Below are positions 47,355-56,643 of a DNA stretch of 64,000 nucleotides, in pieces. The position numbers and the translations under genes were made by a program. Origin of the DNA: Vicinamibacteria bacterium (lineage in GTDB: Bacteria; Acidobacteriota; Vicinamibacteria; Marinacidobacterales; Marinacidobacteraceae); NCBI GenBank assembly GCA_964291235.2, contig OZ219815.1, forward strand, positions 1,056,001 to 1,120,000. The letters are read 5' to 3'. The stretch's first letter is position 1; each line of letters opens with the position of its first letter. Under the pieces are notes generated by a model. The model saw only the letters and a program-made list of their open reading frames with translations. It did not search any database and was not told the origin of the DNA.

Positions 47355-50300
47355 GTGAACATCACGAAATACGCCATCCGGCACCGCCTGTCGGTCTATT
47401 TCCTGATCCTCATCCTCTGTCTGGGTGGGGTGGGCGTCTATGTCTCGATGCCGCGGGAGTCGTTCCCCGAGGTGGAGGTCCCCTTCATCCTCGTGTACAC
47501 GATCTATCCCGGCGTCAGCCCGACGGACATGGAGACGCTCGTCACGCGGCCCATCGAAACCGAACTCAAGGCGGTCTCCGGGATCAAGGAGATCAGTTCG
47601 ACGACCAGCGAGGGGATGTCCAGCATCGCGGTCGAGTTCAACCCCGAAACCGATCTCGAGACCGCGCTCGCCAGCGTCCGCGAAAAAGTGGACCTCGCGA
47701 AATCGGACCTTCCTCCCGAGGCCGAGGACCCGCGCGTCCAGGACATGGATTTCTCGCAGGTCCCGATCATGATGATCACGCTCTCGGGGCCGGTCGGGAG
47801 CCAGCGGCTCACCGAGGTCGCCGAAGACATCCAGGAGGATCTGGAGGCGTTGCCCGGGGTCAACCGGGTCAACGTGATCGGGGGCCGCGTACGCGAGGTC
47901 CACGTGCAGGTGGATCCCAAGCGGCTGGCGTTCTTCGAGCTCAGCCTCGCGGACGTCGTCGTCGCGGTGGCCCGGGAGAACCGGAACGTGCCGGGCGGCG
48001 AAGTCGCGGTCGGCGGGCTCGAATACCTGGTCCGCCTGCCGGCTGAAGTGCGGCTGCCGTCCGAGATCGAGGACTTCGTCATCAAGGTCCGGGACGGCGA
48101 ACCGGTCTTCGTTCGCGACGTGGCGGATGTCGTCTTCGGATTCGAGGACGAGAGCAGCCGGTCGCGGGTGGATCAGGAACCGTCGGTCACGCTGAGCGTC
48201 GAAAAGCGCACCGGCGCCAACCTCGTCTCCGTCGCGGACCTCGTCAATGCCGAGCTCGGGCGTTGGGACGAGATGCTCCCGGAAGGGATCAGCACGGCGG
48301 TGGTGGGGGACATCTCGGTCGAAATCCGGCGGATGGTGAACGAGCTGGAGAACAACGTCATCTCCGGCCTGTTGCTCGTCGTTGGCTGCCTGATGGCGTT
48401 CGTGGGACTCCGCAACTCCTTCTTTGTGGGAGTGGCGATCCCGCTCTCGATGATGGCCTCCTTCCTGGTGCTCGGCTGGATCGGCTACACGCTGAACATG
48501 ATGGTGCTCTTCAGCCTCATCCTGATGCTCGGGATGCTGGTGGACAACGCCGTGGTGATCGTCGAGAACATCTACCGGCACCGCGAGCACGGCGACGCCG
48601 GGCCCGACGCGGCCTACGAGGCCACCACCGAGGTGGCCCGCCCGGTCATCGCCTCCACCATCACCACGCTCTGCGCGTTTTCGCCCCTGCTGATCTGGCC
48701 CGGGATCATCGGCGACTTCATGTCCTACCTGCCGGTGACGCTCATCATCGGCCTGACGGCCTCGCTGGTGGTGGCGCTGATCATCAACCCGACGCTCTGC
48801 GCGCACCTGATGAAGCCACCGCGGCGCGGCGTCAAGAAGGCCAACGCCGAAGAACACGCGTTCCGCCGCGGTTACCGCCGTCTCCTCAAGTGGTCGCTCC
48901 GTCCGGGGCCGGACGCCGGCACCCGTTCCTGGTTCTTCCGGAACTGGGCGCTGCCCGCGGCGTTCGTGCTGTTCCTGGGAATCGGCATGGCGCTCGCGCT
49001 GACCGGCATGTTCTTCCAGACGAACGTCCTGCTGCCGGTGGTGGCGGGGTTCGCGGGCATCGGCGTCCTCGCCTTCGTCCTGCAGGGAATCTGCTGGCTC
49101 GTCTGGAGCCTGATCCGCCGCCCCTTCGGCTGGACCCCGTATCTCACCGATCACCGTTCCGGTTGGATCTGGATGATGTGCGCCGTCCTGGTGGGGACGG
49201 TGGGGGTTTACACCCAGATCGGGAAGGGCGTGGAGCTGTTTCCCGAGGTCGAGCCGCGCCAGATCAGTATCGACGTGGAGACGACCGCCGGCTCCAGCCT
49301 GGACGCCTCCGACGGGATCGTCCAGCAGATCGAAGGCCTGACCACCGGGACCGTGGACGTGAAACACCAGGTCGCGAACGTGGGCTCCACGGGCGTCAGC
49401 ATGAATCCCGGAGGCGGCGGCGGCGGGAGTCCGAACCGCAGCCAGGTCACCCTGTATCTGCACGAGCGGGCCGACCGCGAGGTCCGGAACACCTTCACTA
49501 CCATGGAGCAGGTGCGGGCGGGGCTCGCCGATATCGTGGGCGCCAACGTCAAGGTGGACGCGCCCCAGGACGGCCCCCCGACGGGGGCCCCGGTATCGGT
49601 TCGCATCCTGGGGGACGAGCTGGACGAGATCGAGCGGCTCGCGGAAGACGTGAAGGCCCGCATCCGCGGCATCGAGGGGCTCGTCAACCTCGATGACGAC
49701 CTCGAGGGCGGAAAGCCCGAACTTCGGGTCGAGGTGAACCGCGAGGAGGCGATGCGCTCGGGTGTTGACACCCAGATCATCGCCGCCACGGTGCAGACCG
49801 GGATCCTGGGCGCCGAGGCCTCGAAATACCGGGTCGGCGAGGACGAGCACGACATTCGCGTTCGATTGGCCCCCGAGGCGCGGGCATCCCTCGACGACAT
49901 CGGCGAGCTCACCGTGCCCGACGACGACGGCATTCCGGTACCCATCCGGACGGTGGCCGAGCTGAAGCACGGGGTGGGCCCCGCAGCGGTTCGCCGGGTG
50001 GACCTCAACCGGGTGGCCACCATCGAGGGCGACGTGGTCCGGGATTCCGGACGCACCGAGGCGAGCGTTCGCGAGGAAGTGGCGGCCGAACTCGACGCGA
50101 TGGAATGGCCGCCCGGCTACCGGTGGGAGTTCTCCGGGGCCAACCAGGAGGAGCAGCAGGCGACCGCGTTCCTGTCGCGCGCTTTCGTCATCGCGCTCCT
50201 GCTCATCCTGATGGTGCTGGTCACCCAGTTCGATTCGCTGATCCTGCCGCTCACCATCATCACCTCGGTCGCGCTGTCCGTGATCGGCGTGCTCTGGGGC

Positions 50301-50774
50301 CTGATGCTCACCGGGACCGCGTTCGGGATCATCATGACCGGGATCGGGGTGATCTCATTGGCGGGGATCGTGGTCAATAACGCCATCGTCCTCTGCGATT
50401 TCGTGCGCCAGCTCCGCGAGCGGGGCCTCAGCCGGCACGACGCGGTGGTGGAAGCGGGGTCCATCCGGCTTCGCCCGGTGCTCCTCACGGCCGTGACCAC
50501 GGTGCTCGGCCTCGTTCCCCTGACGCTCGGCCTCAACATCGACTTCTTCAACCTCTCCGTCTCCACGGGCGGCGAGAGTTCGCAGTTCTGGGCCTCCATG
50601 GGCGTCGCGGTGATCTTCGGCCTCACCGTCGCGACGGTCCTCACCCTGGTAGTGGTCCCGGTCACCTACGACAGCCTCGACGGCCTCTCCGAGGCCGTCG
50701 CGGACTGGCGCAAGCGACGCAGCACCCAAGCACAGAATGTCGGCGGAGGCGCCCTCCACCCCGCAGGAACGTAG
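47355..50774 (+). CDS. RND efflux permease (AcrB/MdtB-like)
   Basis: GMLVDNAVVIVEN, GIVVNNAIVLCD, RLRPVLLT. Confidence 0.96.
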   Translation: MNITKYAIRHRLSVYFLILILCLGGVGVYVSMPRESFPEVEVPFILVYTIYPGVSPTDMETLVTRPIETELKAVSGIKEISSTTSEGMSSIAVEFNPETDLETALASVREKVDLAKSDLPPEAEDPRVQDMDFSQVPIMMITLSGPVGSQRLTEVAEDIQEDLEALPGVNRVNVIGGRVREVHVQVDPKRLAFFELSLADVVVAVARENRNVPGGEVAVGGLEYLVRLPAEVRLPSEIEDFVIKVRDGEPVFVRDVADVVFGFEDESSRSRVDQEPSVTLSVEKRTGANLVSVADLVNAELGRWDEMLPEGISTAVVGDISVEIRRMVNELENNVISGLLLVVGCLMAFVGLRNSFFVGVAIPLSMMASFLVLGWIGYTLNMMVLFSLILMLGMLVDNAVVIVENIYRHREHGDAGPDAAYEATTEVARPVIASTITTLCAFSPLLIWPGIIGDFMSYLPVTLIIGLTASLVVALIINPTLCAHLMKPPRRGVKKANAEEHAFRRGYRRLLKWSLRPGPDAGTRSWFFRNWALPAAFVLFLGIGMALALTGMFFQTNVLLPVVAGFAGIGVLAFVLQGICWLVWSLIRRPFGWTPYLTDHRSGWIWMMCAVLVGTVGVYTQIGKGVELFPEVEPRQISIDVETTAGSSLDASDGIVQQIEGLTTGTVDVKHQVANVGSTGVSMNPGGGGGGSPNRSQVTLYLHERADREVRNTFTTMEQVRAGLADIVGANVKVDAPQDGPPTGAPVSVRILGDELDEIERLAEDVKARIRGIEGLVNLDDDLEGGKPELRVEVNREEAMRSGVDTQIIAATVQTGILGAEASKYRVGEDEHDIRVRLAPEARASLDDIGELTVPDDDGIPVPIRTVAELKHGVGPAAVRRVDLNRVATIEGDVVRDSGRTEASVREEVAAELDAMEWPPGYRWEFSGANQEEQQATAFLSRAFVIALLLILMVLVTQFDSLILPLTIITSVALSVIGVLWGLMLTGTAFGIIMTGIGVISLAGIVVNNAIVLCDFVRQLRERGLSRHDAVVEAGSIRLRPVLLTAVTTVLGLVPLTLGLNIDFFNLSVSTGGESSQFWASMGVAVIFGLTVATVLTLVVVPVTYDSLDGLSEAVADWRKRRSTQAQNVGGGALHPAGT

Positions 50775-51230
50775 GAGCGCCGGTCTCCGACCGGCATCGC
50801 TCCCCCCAGGGGAGCGAAACGCACTTCGCCGATCAGCCCCACGTCACCCCGGCACGGGAACGCCGGCCTCCAGGCCGGCACAGCCCGCCACAGGCGGGCG
50901 GCGGTCCGGACCCCCCCACCGCCAAACGATCCCCCTCTCGGCGCGTACCCCCACCAGCCTGGGTGGCACCCCGGCACGGGAACGCCGACCTCCAGGTCGG
51001 CACAGCCCCGCGAAGCGGGGCGGCGGCCCGGCTCCCCCACCGCCAGGATGGTTCCCCTCTCGGCATGGACCCCACCAGCCCCCACGTCGCGCCGGGGAGC
51101 GAAACGCGCATCGCTGATCAGCCGCACGTCACCCCGGCACGGGAACGCCGACCTCCAGGTCGGCACAGCCCGCCGTAGGCGGGCGGCGGGAAGGAACCTC
51201 CAGTTCCAAGGTGGTCCCGTCTCGGCAGCG
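50772..51230 (+). repeat. REP-like cluster
   Basis: Three GGCACGGGAACGCCG(G/A)CCTCCAGG(C/T)CGGCACAGCCC units plus GGAGCGAAACGC subrepeats. Confidence 0.88.
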
Positions 51231-51254
51231 TTTGGAACACTGCCCGCCCACTCC

Positions 51255-52517
51255 TCAAGGCCCCAAAGCACCGCACGGGATCACGGAGACCCCGTCGCTC
51301 CGCCGGTATCCGTAACCGCTCCCCACAATCACTCCCAGGGCCGCCGGTTTGCCGACCGCGGTCGTGTCCACGCGTTGTGCGAACTGAAGCAGGTTCGCGG
51401 CTGCCTCTTCGACCCGACCCGTCCCCAGCTTGATCTCGAATCCAGCCCAGCGGCCGGGACTCGCCTCCACAATGGCATCGACCTCAAGGTCTGTGTTGTC
51501 CCGGTAGTGGTACACCCTCGCTCTGGCGGCCTGGGCATAGATGCGCAGGTCACGGATGACCATGGATTCGAACAGGAAGCCGAACCACTCGAAATCCGTG
51601 AGCAGGCGGTCAGGTCCAGCGCCCAGCGCCGCCACCGCAAGAGAGGGATCCACGAAATGGCGTTTCGGCGAGGTCCGCAGCCGGGACCGGGAACGGAGCC
51701 GCGGCGCCCAGGCCGGCTGGTCTTCGACGACCATCAGTCTCTCGAGCGCCGCCAGGTACCCGCGAGCGGTAGGCGGCTTCAAGTGGTCGTCCGGTCCGTT
51801 GGCGTCGCGGGTGATCGTCGCCAGTGAAGCGCAGGTGGCCACGTTGCGACCGAGTGACTGAAGGAAGCGCCGCACCCTCTCGGGATCACGCCGGATTCCG
51901 TCCACGCGTTCAAGATCTGCCCGGCAGACATCTTCCAGATAGTCCCGGTTGGCCTGCAGGGCGGCATGGGTGGGCGAACTGAGCTGTCCGGGCCAGCCAC
52001 CGGCGCACACGAGTTCCGCCAGCTCTTGGGCGGAAAGCTGTGCCTCTTCTGCGGCTGTCGGCTCTCCGTCAAGAAGAGCGCCCAGGGAAATCTCGCCGGT
52101 GGAGCGGCCAAGTTCCGATAGGGACATCGGGCGTAACCGGAGGCGGCTTATCCTCCCGGCCCCGGTGTGCCAGGTCGTGTCGTCGGGGGGGACCGCCGAG
52201 CCGGTCAGAATGAACTGATTGGACGCGCGACGCTCGTCAACAGCCCGCCTGACGTGGTTCCACAGGACCGGAGCGAGTTGCCATTCGTCAATTAGCCGGG
52301 GCGTCTCCCCTTTGAGAACCAGCCTTGGGTCCACGGCGAGCGCTTCGCGCGCCTTCTGATCCACATCCAGCAGCACCTCGCTCGCCGAGGCGTGCCGCCC
52401 CGTCTCGGTTTTGCCGCAGGCTCGGGCACCCTCCACCAGGACGGCGCCCGCGGAGGTGAGACGGTCGGCGAGTTCTCGATCAGCGATGCGAGGACGGTAG
52501 TTTTGTACTTTGGGCAA
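51255..52517 (-). CDS. AAA ATPase + DUF4143 (COG1373-like)
   Basis: GARACGKT, IDEWQ, LTGSA, GGWP, SPKRHFVDP, EVDAIV...FEIK. Confidence 0.9.
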   Translation of the reverse strand: MPKVQNYRPRIADRELADRLTSAGAVLVEGARACGKTETGRHASASEVLLDVDQKAREALAVDPRLVLKGETPRLIDEWQLAPVLWNHVRRAVDERRASNQFILTGSAVPPDDTTWHTGAGRISRLRLRPMSLSELGRSTGEISLGALLDGEPTAAEEAQLSAQELAELVCAGGWPGQLSSPTHAALQANRDYLEDVCRADLERVDGIRRDPERVRRFLQSLGRNVATCASLATITRDANGPDDHLKPPTARGYLAALERLMVVEDQPAWAPRLRSRSRLRTSPKRHFVDPSLAVAALGAGPDRLLTDFEWFGFLFESMVIRDLRIYAQAARARVYHYRDNTDLEVDAIVEASPGRWAGFEIKLGTGRVEEAAANLLQFAQRVDTTAVGKPAALGVIVGSGYGYRRSDGVSVIPCGALGP

Positions 52518-52564
52518 AGCGCTGTGGTTCTATTGAGGGAACTTGGAAAGAGAAATTAGCGAGT

Positions 52565-52633
52565 CAACAGATGTTTTGCAACGATTACAACATCACTTTC
52601 GCAATAACTTCAACGACTGATTTGCAATAACAA
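52565..52633. promoter_or_regulatory. Three imperfect 23-bp direct repeats upstream of the ATPase
   Basis: CAAC at 52565/52588/52611 and GCAA at 52578/52601/52624 in an AT-rich tract. Confidence 0.55.
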
Positions 52634-52807
52634 ACGGCGGCGCGCAGTGCTGGGTATCGATGGAGGCGGCGGTGATCTTCGGTCCTCACCGTCGTGACCG
52701 TCCTGCCCCTAGTCGTCGTCCCGGTCACCTACGACAGGCTTGCGGACGCGGTCACTCGCTGGCGCAAGAGGCACACCGCCGAGGACCCTCCATCCAGCGG
52801 GACCTGA
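52634..52807 (+). pseudogene. Degenerate duplicate of the RND permease 3' end
   Basis: QCWVSMEAAVIFG/LTVVTVLPLVVVPVTYDRLADAVTRWRKR...GT-stop versus QFWASMGVAVIFGLTVATVLTLVVVPVTYDS...WRKR...GT-stop (50565..50774). Confidence 0.9.
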
Positions 52808-52869
52808 GAAAAGGACACCGGCGGGTTCACCCGGCGGCGGGATAGCATTTCCGGGTTCCACCGGACCCC

Positions 52870-52956
52870 GGAGGGGTGCAAGAGTGGCTGAATTGGCCAG
52901 CCCGGAAAGCTGGTGTACCGGCAACGGTACCGTGGGTTCGAATCCCACCCCCTCCG
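52870..52956 (+). tRNA. tRNA-Ser(GGA), long variable arm, CCA not encoded
   Basis: Acceptor GGAGGGG/CCCCTCC; anticodon stem CCAGC/GCTGG; variable arm GTACCG-GCAA-CGGTAC; T-arm GTGGG-TTCGAAT-CCCAC; G discriminator. Confidence 0.92.
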
Positions 52957-52960
52957 CCGG

Positions 52961-53782
52961 TTGGGGGTTCCGATCCTCGGCGTTATGAGTGTGGATCGCA
53001 TCCGTAGCGAAGACGTGTTGCGGGTCCTGACGCCGATCTGGACCCGCATCCCCGAGACCGCCCGCCGCGTCCGGCAGCGAATCCGTGCCGTGCTCCGTTG
53101 GTCCTGGGCGCACGGCTACGTGTCGGAGAACGTGGCCGGCGAGGGGATAGACGGCGCGCTCCCGGCCATGCCGCACGTCAAGGAGCACTTCCGGGCGCTG
53201 CCGTACCAGGAGGTGGCTGCGGCGCTTACGACCGTGGAGAAGTCGCGAGCGAGCAAGGCGGTGAAACGTTGCCCCCGGTTCCTGATCCTGACCGCTGCTC
53301 GATCAGGGGAGGTGCGAGGCGCCACGTGGGCTGAAATCGACCTTGACGCACGGGAATGGCGGATTCCCGGTGGGCGCATGAAGGGGGGCCGAGAGCATCG
53401 CGTTCCGCTGTCTGACGCGGCGCGGGACATCCTCGTGCGGGCAAGGGGGCTGGAGGACGGGAGCGGACTGGTCTTCCCCTCGCCGACGCGGACGGGCCGA
53501 CCGCTCAGCAACATGGCCCTGACGAAAATCCTCCGCGATCAAGAGCTCGCCGACCGGGCGACCGTGCACGGTTTCCGGAGCGCCTTCCGGGATTGGTGCG
53601 CGGAAACGGGGAAACCGCGGGAAATCGCGGAGGCCGCGCTGGCTCACACGGTTGGGGGAGTCGAGGGCGCCTATTTCCGCTCGGATCTGTACGCGCGGCG
53701 GCGCGTGCTCATGGACCAGTGGGCGGAGTTCCTGGCCGGGACCGAGGCGAAGGTCGCGCGGCTGTATCGAACCCGATCTTGA
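52961..53782 (+). pseudogene. P4-type tyrosine integrase lacking the N-terminal arm-binding region
   Basis: TAARSGE, MKGGREH, HGFRS, LAH, GAY catalytic set is present; homology begins mid-protein right after the tRNA. Confidence 0.8.
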
Positions 53783-54199
53783 TCCTCGGGACGGCGGGGT
53801 GTTGCCGTCGGGACAGCGCCATGAGGTGCAGCAAGACAGTGTCCATCAGGGCGAAGCGGTCGCTTTAGAGGTTCCTTGAGGGTGTGGGGCCGAAGACATC
53901 CTTCGCGTCCACGTCGTCTACTCGCCGCGCGAGGTCGTGGACGTGCTCGCCGGCTACGGGATCCGGCCGCGGCTGGCGCTCGCGCTCCCGTAGGGTTTCC
54001 AATGGGGGCTTTCCGGGCGGACTTCCGGCGCTACTGGCGGTTCGGTTCCTTCTGCGGGGTGCGCTTCCGGCGGAGCACGAAACTCCCCGCGGCGTCTCTT
54101 CCTTCCAGGGGCAGCACTTCCAGCCTCCATCGCTTCGCGTCGAACGGCGCGCGCGGCGACGGTCCGCTTTCTCCCGACCTCGCCTTCGCCACCAGGGCC

Positions 54200-54441
54200 T
54201 CAACGTCTTCCCGCAGTTCCGCTATTTCGGTCGCGGTCCAGCCCTCGTCTGGAAGGTCGGGCACGATCTCCTCGAAGCGGCACCACCACCGACGCCCACC
54301 GTGCGGGCGGTGGCGCAGATCGTCTCCGAACCCTCGGAGCCGGGCGGCTACCTCGAAGGCGAGTGGCAGGACATCGACCTGCTGGGCTGCATCTTCCCGG
54401 AGGGCGGCCAGAAGTCGAACCTTGGGGTCCCCAACTTGTGA
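54200..54441 (+). pseudogene. C-terminal remnant of a lipoprotein-array member (boundaries approximate)
   Basis: QDIDLLGCIFPEGG matches the DIDALRCIFPEGG termini of the downstream genes. Confidence 0.55.
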
Positions 54442-54454
54442 TACTAGTGGCGTT

Positions 54455-55603
54455 GTGTTGTGCGTTATTTGGGTGCTTGCCGCCCTCTTGTTCGTCGGCT
54501 GCGGCGGCGGCACGGACAGCACGCCCGCCGCGTCGCCCACTACCCCGGCGCCCGCGCCCGCGCCGCCCCCCCCGCCGCCCGAAGACCTGGTCGTTCCGGC
54601 CGCCGAAGCGGGAAAGGTCGCGCCCGACCGGATCGCGCTCACGCTCACTTCGGAGGCGGAAACCCCGCTTCCCGACACGGCCTACCAGTGGATCACGGAC
54701 GAGCACTCGGGCTGGGTGTTTCCCGCCGAGGGCCGCACGGACGACGAGGGCAGAATCGACGCTACCTGGATCCCCGGGTTGCCCGGGGTGGGGGAGCTGA
54801 CCCTGGAGTTCGAGGAGGCGGGGGAAGAGAGGACGTTTGAGTTCCAGACGTTCAGCGTGGCGCCCCCGGCGCCGCCGTGGGCTCAGGTTGTGCTCCGGCT
54901 CAACCAACCTTGGGTGGCGACCGGGTATTCCATCGACATGACTCCCCTGGCGGACCCGGCCGGGACGTACTACGTCGCAACGGGCTGGTCGCCCGCGGGC
55001 TACGCGGGCCTCCAGCGGGGCGGAACCCTCTTCGACCACCAGTTGCAGTTCTCCATGTGGGACGCCGAGGACGGTGAAGCGGAGGTTGTCGAGACGGCCG
55101 ACGGGACGGTTTGCCGCCGCTTCGACCACGAAGGGCATGGGGTCCAGTGCTCCGCGGAGTATCCGTGGTCGGTCGGCCCGACCTACCGCTTCGAGATCAC
55201 CGAGGTCCTTTCGGACGGGAACAGCCTCGTTTCGCTGCGCGTGACCGACCTCGCAACCGGGGACGAACGCTACATCGGCACCCTCTCGCGCCCCGGTTCG
55301 ATGGGCGATACTGGACTGTACACGTTCAACGAGGACTTCCGGCGCGACGCGCCGACCTGCCTCGACCAGCAGGTGCGCGCGGTCGCTTTCCGTCGAGCGA
55401 TGGTCCGCACGAACGCGATGGAATGGGTCCCGGTCGGGTCCGGGACCCCGTACCCCGAGGAAGATTCCGAGAACCCCGGAACTCCGGCTTGCGCCAATTT
55501 CGCCGTGGAGCCGGGTCCCGATGGTCTGGAGTTGGTGATGGGCGGCACCACGATCAGCGACCCCCACGGCACCCGGTTCTTCGTCATTCCCGAGGGGGGC
55601 TGA
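54455..55603 (+). CDS. Lipoprotein with a DUF3472-like domain (start possibly frameshifted)
   Basis: FVGC-GGGTD, Pro linker; GYAGLQ...FSMWD...FDHEGHG...YPW...TYRF...FNEDF; ends IPEGG. Confidence 0.75.
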   Translation: MLCVIWVLAALLFVGCGGGTDSTPAASPTTPAPAPAPPPPPPEDLVVPAAEAGKVAPDRIALTLTSEAETPLPDTAYQWITDEHSGWVFPAEGRTDDEGRIDATWIPGLPGVGELTLEFEEAGEERTFEFQTFSVAPPAPPWAQVVLRLNQPWVATGYSIDMTPLADPAGTYYVATGWSPAGYAGLQRGGTLFDHQLQFSMWDAEDGEAEVVETADGTVCRRFDHEGHGVQCSAEYPWSVGPTYRFEITEVLSDGNSLVSLRVTDLATGDERYIGTLSRPGSMGDTGLYTFNEDFRRDAPTCLDQQVRAVAFRRAMVRTNAMEWVPVGSGTPYPEEDSENPGTPACANFAVEPGPDGLELVMGGTTISDPHGTRFFVIPEGG

Positions 55604-56643
55604 TGCGCCGCCTCCTGCTCGTCGCCCTGCTCGCCGCCGGCTGCGGCGGGGGCACCGACGGCCAGCCCGTCGCGCCGCCCACCACCCCGGCCCCCGCTCC
55701 CGAGCCGGAGCCGGCGCCACCGCCACCCCCACCGCCGGAGCCGCCGCCTGCCCCGACCGGCATCCGGGTGGCGGAAGTGGGCCAGGACTTCATCGTGTGG
55801 GAATGGGACCCGGTGGAGGGCGCGACCGGCTACGAACTGGAAGTGTTCCCGACCGAACTGTCCATCGCCACCGAGGAACTCACCGTCCGGGTGGAGGGGC
55901 TGGAGCCGGACACGGAGTTCGTGATTTACGTGCGGGCGGTGCGGGAGACGGCGGGCGGACGCGCGGCGGGGCCGTGGTCGGCGCCCAGCCCCGTGAAGAC
56001 CTGGGGCGAGCCGAGGGTCTGCACGGACGAACTCCGACGCGCCCGGGGTTTCGGGGACGCCAGGCTGCCGCGCGAGTGGAATGGGACGCCCTTCCGCGTG
56101 GACCTGTACGACCACTTCCCGGAGATCGCGGGCATCGGCTACCCGGAGAGCCAACTGGCGGTGGTCCAGGAATTCGCCGACCGGATCGAGGAACAGATCG
56201 GCTACCCGATCATCGGGGCGGGGAGCGTCATTCCCGTGCCGGAGAACATGCCGAAAGGCTGGAACCGTCCATCGACAAACAACCTGCCGAACTGCGGGCG
56301 ACGGAAACGGCACCAGATCCTCGGGGTTCACCTAAGCGCGTCGCCGCGAGGGCATAGCGGTGGCGGTGGGTTCCGTGCGTTCCCGCGATGTGCGGTGTTG
56401 GAGTATTGGGTGGGCGAGGATTCACCGTCCGATTCCGCATGGGGCCGCACGGTTGTCCGTCACGAACTGTTCCATCTGTTCGGCTTCGGACACAGCCTGG
56501 AGACGCACCCGCACGAGGCGGACCTTGGCGGCGTCCCGATGTCGCCGGAGTTGACGGTGCCCGAAGATTACGGCCTTGCGATCTTCGCCCCCACGTTCGA
56601 CGACATCGACGCGCTGCGCTGCATCTTCCCGGAGGGGGGCTGA
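55603..56643 (+). CDS. Lipoprotein: Fn3 domain + zincin metalloprotease-like domain
   Basis: AAGC lipobox; PAPTGI...WEWDPVEGATGY...GLEPDTEF Fn3; HELFHLFGFGH; ends CIFPEGG. Confidence 0.85.
   Translation: MRRLLLVALLAAGCGGGTDGQPVAPPTTPAPAPEPEPAPPPPPPPEPPPAPTGIRVAEVGQDFIVWEWDPVEGATGYELEVFPTELSIATEELTVRVEGLEPDTEFVIYVRAVRETAGGRAAGPWSAPSPVKTWGEPRVCTDELRRARGFGDARLPREWNGTPFRVDLYDHFPEIAGIGYPESQLAVVQEFADRIEEQIGYPIIGAGSVIPVPENMPKGWNRPSTNNLPNCGRRKRHQILGVHLSASPRGHSGGGGFRAFPRCAVLEYWVGEDSPSDSAWGRTVVRHELFHLFGFGHSLETHPHEADLGGVPMSPELTVPEDYGLAIFAPTFDDIDALRCIFPEGG

Noticed and set aside
46023-49970. 1315-aa minus-strand ORF, and similar long shadow ORFs such as 581..3232 and 9462..12140
   Set aside because: Antisense or alternate-frame shadows of real genes, expected at high GC; no motifs
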